NCBI RefSeq assembly: GCF_009914755.1
Contig: NC_060933.1
Direction: 5' to 3' (one strand)
Length of the DNA stretch: 64,000 nucleotides
Source of the DNA: the human T2T-CHM13v2.0 reference genome, Homo sapiens
The position numbers were made by a program, and so were the translations under genes. Positions 56,501 to 64,000 of this stretch are shown here, piece after piece; the stretch's first letter is position 1; each line of letters starts with the position of its first letter. The notes under the pieces were generated by a model. That model saw only the letters and a program-made list of their open reading frames with translations. It was not told the DNA's origin and ran no database searches.

Positions 56501-59500
56501 AATGCAATAGAATGGAATCATCCGGAATGGAATGGAATGGAATGGAATGGAATGGAATGGAATGGAGTGGAATCAACCCGAGAGCAATGGAATGGAGTGG
56601 AATGGAATGGAATGGAATGGAACAACCCGAATGGAATGGAATGTAATGGAGAGTAAGGGAGTTGAATAGAATCAATCCGAATGTAATGGAATGGAATGCA
56701 ACGGAATGGAATGGAATGGAATGCAATGGAATTGAATCAACCCGAGTACAATGGAATTGAATGGAATGGAATGGAATGGAATGGAATGGATTGGAATGGA
56801 ATGATACGGAATAGAATGGAATGGAACGAAATGGAATGGAATGGAATGGAATGGAATGGAATGGAATGGAATGGAATGAAATGGAATGGAATGGAATGGA
56901 ATGAAATGGAATGGAATGGAATGGAATCGTTCCGAGTGGAATAGGAGGGAATGTATTCGAGTGGAATGGAAAGGAATGGTATCAACCAGAGTGGAATGGA
57001 AGGGAATGGAATGGAATGGAAACTAATAGAATGGAATCAACCCGAGTGGAATGGAATGGAAAGGACTGGAATGGAATGGAATGGAATGGAATCAACTCGA
57101 TTGTAATGGAATGGAATGGCATGGAATGGAATGGAATTAACCCGAATACAATGGAATGGGATGGAATGGAACGGAAAGGAGTGGAATGGAATGGAATCAA
57201 CCCGAGTGCAGGAGAATGGAATGGAATGGAATGCAATGGAATGGAATCATCCGGAATGGAATGGAATGGAATGGAATGCAAAGCAATGGAATCAACTCGA
57301 TTGCAATGGAATGGAATGGAATGGAAAGGAATACATTGGAATCAACCCGAGTGGAATGGAATGGAAAGGACTGGAATGGAGTGGAATGGAATGGAATGGA
57401 ATGGAATGGAATCAACTCGATTGGAATGGAATGGAATGGAATGGAATGGAATGGAATTAACCCCAATAGAATGGAATGGAATGGAATGGAACGGAACGGA
57501 ATGGAATGGAATGGAATGGAATGGAATGGAATAAACCCGAGTGCAATGGAATGGAGTGGAATGGAATGGAATGGAATGGAACAACCCGAATGGAATGGAA
57601 TGTAATGGAGAGTAAGGGAGTTGAATAGAATCAATCCGAATGTAATGGAATGGAATGGAACGGAATGGAATTGAATGGAATGGAATGGAATGGAATCAAC
57701 CCGAGTGCAATGGAATGGAGAGGAATGGAATGGAATGGAATGGAAACTACCCGAATGGAATGGAATGTAATGGAGTGTAAGGGAATTGAATAGAATCAAT
57801 CCGAATGTAATGAAATGGAATGGAACGGAATGGAATGGAATGGAATGGAATGGAATGGAATGGAATGGAATGCAATGGAATGGAATCAACCCGAGTGCAA
57901 TCGAATGGAATCGAATGGAATGGAATGCAATGGAATGGATTCAACTTGAATGGAATGGAAAGAATGGAATCAACACGAGTGGAATGGCATGGATTGGAAT
58001 GGAATGGAATGGAATCAACCCGAGTACAGGGGAATGGAATGGAATGGAATGCAATGGAATGGAATCATCCGTAATGGAATGGAAAGGAATGGAATGGAAT
58101 GGAATGGAATGGAATGGAATGGAATCAACTCGATTGCAATCGAATGGAATGGAATGGAATTAACCCGAATAGAATGGAATGGAATGGAATGGAACGCAAC
58201 GGAATGGAATGGAATGGAACGGAATGGAATGGAACGGAACGGAACGGAATGGATGGAATGGAATGGAATGGAATGGAATGGAATCAACGCGAGTGCAGGG
58301 GAATGGAATGGAATGGAATGCAATGGAATGGAATCTTCCGGAATGGAATGGAATGGAATGGAATGGAATGGAATGAAATGCAATGGATTCAACTCGATTG
58401 CAATGGAATGGAATAGAATGGAATGGAATGGAATGGAATGGAATGGAATTAACCCGAATAGAATGGAATGGAATGGAATGGAACGGAATGGAACGGAATG
58501 CAATGGAATGGAATGGAATGGAATGGTATGGAATGGAATGGAATGGTACGGAATAGAATGGAATGGAACGAATTGTAATGGAATGGAATTGAATGGAATG
58601 AAATGGAATGGAATGGAATGGAATGGAATCAACGCGAGTGCAGGGGAATGTAATGGAACGAAATGCAATGGAATGGAATCATGCGGAATGGAATGGAATG
58701 GAATGGAATGCAATGGAATGGAATCATCCGGAATGGAATGAAATGGAATGGAATGGAATGGAATGGAATGGAATGGAATGGAATGGAATCAACCTGAGTG
58801 CAATGGAATGGAGTGGAATGGAATGGAATGGAATGGAACAACCCGAATGGAATGGAATGTAATGGAGAGTAAGGGAGTTGAATAGAATCAATCCGAATGT
58901 AATGGAATGGAATTCAATGGAATGGAAAGGAATGGAATGGAATGGAATGGAATGGAATGGAATGGAATGGAATGCCTTCAAACCGAATGTAATGGAAAGG
59001 AATGGAATCAACACGAGTGGAATGGAATGGAATGGAATGGAATCGAATGGAATGGAATGATATGGAATAGAATGGAATGGAACGAAATGGAATGGAACGA
59101 AATGGAATGGAATGGAATGGAATGGAATGGAATGGAATGGAATGATACGGAATAGAATGGAATGGAACGAAATGGAGTGGAATGGAATGGAATGGAATGA
59201 AATGGAATGGAATGGAATCGTTCCTAGTGGAATAGGAGGGAATGTATTCGAGTGGAATGGAAAGGAATGGTATCAACCAGAGTGGAATGGAAGGGAATGG
59301 AATGGAATGGAAACTAATAGAATGGAATCAACCCGAGTGGAATGGAATGGAAAGGACTGGAATGGAATGGAATGGAATGGAATCAACTCGATTGTAATGG
59401 AATGGAATGGAATGGAATGGAATGGAATGGAATTAACCCGAATACAATGGAATGGAATGGAATGGAATGGAATGGAGTGGAATGGAATGGAATCAACCCG

Positions 59501-60790
59501 AGTGCAGGGTAATGGAATGGAATGGAATGCAATGGAATGGAATCATCCGGAATGGAATGGAATGGAATGGAATGCAAAGCAATGGAATCAACTCGATTGC
59601 AATGGAATGGAATGGAATGGAAAGGAATACATTGGAATCAACCCGAGTGGAATGGAATGGAAAGGACTGGAATGGAGTGGAATGGAATGGAATGGAATGG
59701 AATGGAAACAACTCGATTGGAATGGAATGGAATGGAATGGAATGGAATTAACCCGAATAGAATGGAATTGAATGGAATGGAAAGGAACGGAATGGAATGG
59801 AATGGAATGGAATGGAATGGAATCAACCCGACTGCAGGGGAATGGAATGGAATGGAATGCAATGGAATGGATTCAACTTCAATGGAATGGAAAGAATGGA
59901 ATCAACACGAGTGGAATGGCATGGATTGGAATGGAATGGAATGGAATTAACCCGAGTACAAGGGAATGGAATGGAATGGAATGCAATGGAATGGAATCAT
60001 CCGTAATGGAATGGAAAGGAATGGAATGGAATGGAATGGAATGGAATAGAATGGAATGGAATCAACTCGATTGCAATCGAATGGAATGGAATGGAATTAA
60101 CCCGAATAAAATGGAATGGAATCGAATGGAACGGAACGGAACGGAATGGAATGGATTGGAATGGAATGGAATGGAATGGAACGGAATGGAATGGAATGGA
60201 ATGGAATGGAATGGAATGGAATCAACGCGAGTGCAGGGGAATGGAATGGAATGGAATGCAATGGAATGGAATCTTCCGGAATGGAATGGAATGGAATGGA
60301 ATGGAATGGAATGGAATAAACCCGAGTACAATGGAATGGAGTGGAATGGAATGGAATGGAATGGAACAACCCGAATGGAATGGAATGTAATGGAGAGTAA
60401 GGGAGTTGAATAGAATCAATCCGAATGTAATGGAATGGAATGGAACGGAATGGAATTGAATGGAATGGAATGGAATGCAATGGAATGGAATCAACCCGAG
60501 AGCAATGGAATGGAGAGGAATGGAATGGAATGGAATGGAAACTACCCGAATGGAATGGAATGTAATGGAGGGTAAGGGAATTGAATAGAATCAATCTGAA
60601 TCTAATGGAATGGAATGGAACGGAATGGAATGGAATGGAATGGAATGGAATGCAATGGAATGGAATGAACCCGAGTGCAATCGAATGGAATCGAATGGAA
60701 TGGAATGCAATGGAATGGATTCAACTTGAATGGAATGGAAAGAATGGAATCAACACGAGTGGAATGGCATGGATTGGAATGGAATGGAAT
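53511..60790 (+). repeat. ~7.3-kb higher-order unit, copy A4
   Basis: Same ordered marker set. Shares CGTTCCGAGT and GGAACGGAAAGGAGT with A2. Confidence 0.9.
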
Positions 60791-61129
60791 GGAATCAACC
60801 CGAGTACAGGGGAATGGAATGGAATGGAATGCAATGGAATGGAATCATCCGTAATGGAATGGAAAGGAATGGAATGGAATGGAATGGAATGGAATGGAAT
60901 GGAATGGAATGGAATCAACTCGATTGCAATCGAATGGAATGGAATGGAATTAACCCGAATAGAATGGAATGGAATGGAATGGAACGGAACGGAATGGAAT
61001 GGAATGGAATGGAAAGGAATGGAACGGAACGGAACGGAATGGATGGAATGGAATGGAATGGAATGGAATGGAATCAAAGCGAGTGCAAGGGAATGGAATA
61101 GAATGGAATGGAATGGAATGGAATGGAAT

Positions 61130-64000
61130 GAAATGCAATGGATTCAACTCGATTGCAATGGAATGGAATAGAATGGAATGGAATGGAATGGAACGGAATG
61201 GAATTAACCCGAATAGAATGGAATGGAATGGAATGGAACGGAATGGAACGGAATGGAATGGAATGGAATGGAATGGAATGGTATGGAATGGAATGGAATG
61301 GTACGGAATAGAATGGAATGGAACGAATTGTAATGGAATGGAATTGAATGGAATGGAATGGAATGGAATGGAATCAACGCGAGTGCAGGGGAATGTAATG
61401 GAACGGAATGCAATGGAAAGGAATCATCCGGAATGGAATGGAATGGAATGGAATGGAATGGAATGGAATCAACCCGAGTGCAATGGAATAGAGTGGAATG
61501 GAATGGAATGGAATGGAACAACCCGAATGGAATGGAATGTAATGGAGAGTAAGGGAGTTGAATATAATCAATCCGAATGTAATGGAATTGGATGCAACGG
61601 AATGGAAAGGAATGGAATGGAATGGAATGGAATGCAATGGAATGGAGTCAACCCGAGTACAATGGAATGGAATGGAATGGAATGGAATGGAATGGAATGG
61701 AATGGAATGCCTTCAAACCGAATGGAATGGAAAGGAATGGAATCAACACGAGTGGAAAGGAATGGAATGGAATGGAATGGAATGGAATGATACGGAATAG
61801 AATGGAATGGAACGAAATGGAATGGAATGGAATGGAATGGAATGGAATGGAATGGAATTGTTCCGAGTGGAATAGGAGGGAATGTATTCGAGTGGAATGG
61901 AAAGGAATGGAATCAACCAGAGTGGAATGGAAGGGAATGGAATGGAATGGAAACTAATAGAATGGAATCAACACGAGTGGAATGGAATGGAATGGAATGG
62001 AATGGAATTAATCCGAATAGAATGGAATGGAATGGAATGGAACGGAATGGAAAGGAATGGAATGGAATGGAATGGAATGGAATGGTATGGAATGGAATGG
62101 AATCAACGCGAGTGCAGGGGAATGTAATGGAATCGAATGGAATGGAATGGAATGGAATGGAATCAACCCGAGTGCAGGGGTATGTAATGGAACGGAATGC
62201 AATGGAATGGAATCATCCGGAATGGAATGGAACGGAATGGAATGGAATCAACCCGAGTGCAATGGAATGTAATGGAGAGTAAGGGAGTTGAAAAGAATCA
62301 ATCCGAATGTAATGGAATGGAATGGAACGGAATGGAATGGAATGGAATGTAATGGAATGGAATGCAATGGAATGGAATCAACCCGAGTACAATGGAATGG
62401 AATGGAATGGAATGGAATGGAATGGAATGGAATGGAATGGAATGGAATCTTCCGGAATGGAATGGAATGGAATGGATTGGAAAACAATGGATTCAACTCG
62501 ATTGCAGTGGAATGGAATAGAATGGAATGGAATGGAATGGAATGGAATTAAACCGAATAGAATGGAATGGAATGGAATGGAACGGAACGGTACGGAGTGG
62601 AATGGAATGGAATGGAATTGTATGGAATGGAATGGAATGGTACGGAATAGAATGGAATGGAAAGAATTGGAATGGAATGGAATCGAATGGAATGGAATGG
62701 AATGGAATGGAATCAACCTGAGTGCAGAGGAATGTAATGGAACCGAATGCAATGGAATGGAATCATCCGGAATGGAATGGAATGGAATGGAATGGAATGG
62801 AATGGAATGGAATGAAATGCAATGGATTCAACTCGATTGCAATGGAGTGGAATAGAATGGAATGGAATGGAATGGAATGGAATGGAATTAACCCGAATAG
62901 AATGGAATGGAATGGAATGGAACGGAATGGAAAGGAATGGAATGGAATGGAATGGAATGGAATGGAATGGTATTGAATGGAGTGGAATGGTACGGAATAG
63001 AATGGAATGGAACGAATTGTAATGGAATGGAATTGAATGGAATGGAATGGAATGGAATGGAATCAACGCGAGTGCACGGGAAAGTAATGGAACGGAATTC
63101 AATGGAATGGAATCATCCGGAATGGAATGGAATGGAATGGAATGGAATGGAATGGAATGGAATCAACCCGAGTGCAATGGAATGGAGTGGAATGGAATGG
63201 AATGGAATGGAACAACCCGAATGCAATGGAATGTAATGGAGAGTAAGGGAGTTGAATATAATCAATCCGAATGTAAAGGAATGGAATGCAACGGAATGGA
63301 ATGGAATGGAATGGAATGGAATGGAATGGAATGGAATGCAATGGAATGGAGTCAACCCGAGTACAATGGAATGGAATGGAATGGAATGGAATGGAATGGA
63401 ATGGAATGGAATGCCTTCAAACCGAATGGAATGGAAAGGAATGGAATCAACACGAGTGGAATGGAATGGAATGGAATGGAATGGAATGGAATGGAATGGA
63501 ATGATACGGAATAGAATGGAATGGAACGAAATGGAACGGAATGGAATGGAATGGAATGGAATGGAATGGAATGGAATGGAATCGTTCCGAGTGGAATAGG
63601 AGGGAATGTATTCGAGTGGAATGGAAAGGAATGGAATCAACCAGAGTGGAATGGAAGGGAATGGAATGGAATGGAAACTAATACAATGGAATCAACCCGA
63701 GTGGAATGGAATGGAATGGAATGGAATGGAATGGAATGGAATGGAATTAATCCGAATAGAATGGAAAGGAATGGAATGGAACGGAATGGAAAGGAATGGA
63801 ATGGAATGGAATGGATTGGTATGGAATGGAATGGAATCAACGCGAGTGCAGGGGAATGTAATGGAATGGAATGGAATGGAATGGAATGGAATGGAATCAA
63901 CCCGAGTGCAGGGGTATGTAATGGAACGGAATGCAATGGAATGGAATCATCCAGAATGGAATGGAATGGAATGGAATGGAATCAACCCGAGTGCAATGGA
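61130..64000 (+). repeat. ~1.7-kb-period diverged tandem duplication (right-truncated)
   Basis: Paired markers: GTTGAATATAATC (~61558/63251), GGAGTCAACCCGAGTAC, GCCTTCAAACCG (61709/63413), (T/C)GTTCCGAGTGG (61859/63583), TAATCCGAATAG, GCAGGGGTATG (~62174/63908). Offsets are about 1684-1740. Confidence 0.85.

Larger units (their letters stand above)
43506..61680 (+). repeat. Unit 2 of the ~18.2-kb tandem duplication
   Basis: Colinear with 25265-43505. Tail markers CAAAGCGAGTGCAAGGG (42884/61075) and GTTGAATATAATC...GGAATTGGATGC match. The offset drifts between about 18240 and 18130 through pentamer indels. Confidence 0.92.
1..64000 (+). repeat. Human Satellite 3 (HSat3 / Satellite III) array, (GGAAT)n with CAACCCGAGT-type interruptions; pericentromeric heterochromatin-type DNA
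   Basis: GGAAT pentamers run end to end with the G-rich strand on +. Interruptions are the classical Sat III decamer CAACCCGA(G/A)T and its derivatives. There is no CATTCGATTC-dominated HSat2 pattern and no non-satellite insert. Human (or great ape) origin is inferred from the repeat family. Confidence 0.98.

Noticed and set aside
1-64000. Hundreds of ORFs (up to 436 aa at 44574-45884) encoding MEWNG or FHSIP repeats
   Set aside because: Pure (GGAAT)n has no stop codon on either strand and supplies ATGs constantly, so overlapping ORFs in all frames are expected. There is no domain content or gene structure. Pentapeptide translation of UGGAA repeats is known in SCA31, but nothing here indicates it.
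1-64000. CRISPR-like repeat/spacer appearance
   Set aside because: The interruptions are a small recurring vocabulary of mutated pentamers, not unique spacers. There is no constant 23-47-bp repeat, leader or cas gene.
1-64000. HSat2, DYZ1 (3.6-kb unit), telomeric or alpha satellite identity
   Set aside because: There is no CATTCGATTC-dominated pattern, no regular 3.6-kb period, no TTAGGG and no 171-bp monomer.
1-64000. Inversion breakpoints or transposon insertions
   Set aside because: I saw no (CATTC)n stretch on +, no poly(A) tail and no non-satellite sequence.
1-64000. EWS-FLI1-type GGAA microsatellite or canonical G-quadruplexes
   Set aside because: The unit is the pentamer GGAAT, not (GGAA)n. 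GGG/GGGG tracts are isolated, never four clustered.

Overview
The whole 64 kb window is one uninterrupted, single-orientation array of human Satellite 3 (HSat3/Sat III). It is (GGAAT)n on the + strand, interspersed with diagnostic decamers such as CAACCCGAGT, CAACTCGATT, TAACCCGAAT and CAACGCGAGT. I see no credible genes, transposons, RNA genes or inversions. All listed ORFs are poly-(MEWNG) or poly-(FHSIP) artefacts of translating a pentamer repeat. The real structure is nested duplication, read by eye from rare variant words. It includes a 5,248-bp-period duplication at the left end and a divergent domain at about 16.3-25.2 kb. There is also an ~18.2-kb tandem duplication (about 25.27-43.5 and 43.5-61.68 kb) in which each unit holds two ~7.2-7.3-kb copies, and a ~1.7-kb repeat at the right end. 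Two observations stand out. First, a recurrent variant GGAATCTTCCGGAAT forms a perfect three-unit heat-shock element (about 43 copies). Second, a 65-bp indel is distributed among the four 7.3-kb copies in a way that contradicts their other markers. I found no evidence of a novel protein-coding system. All counts and breakpoints are manual estimates.
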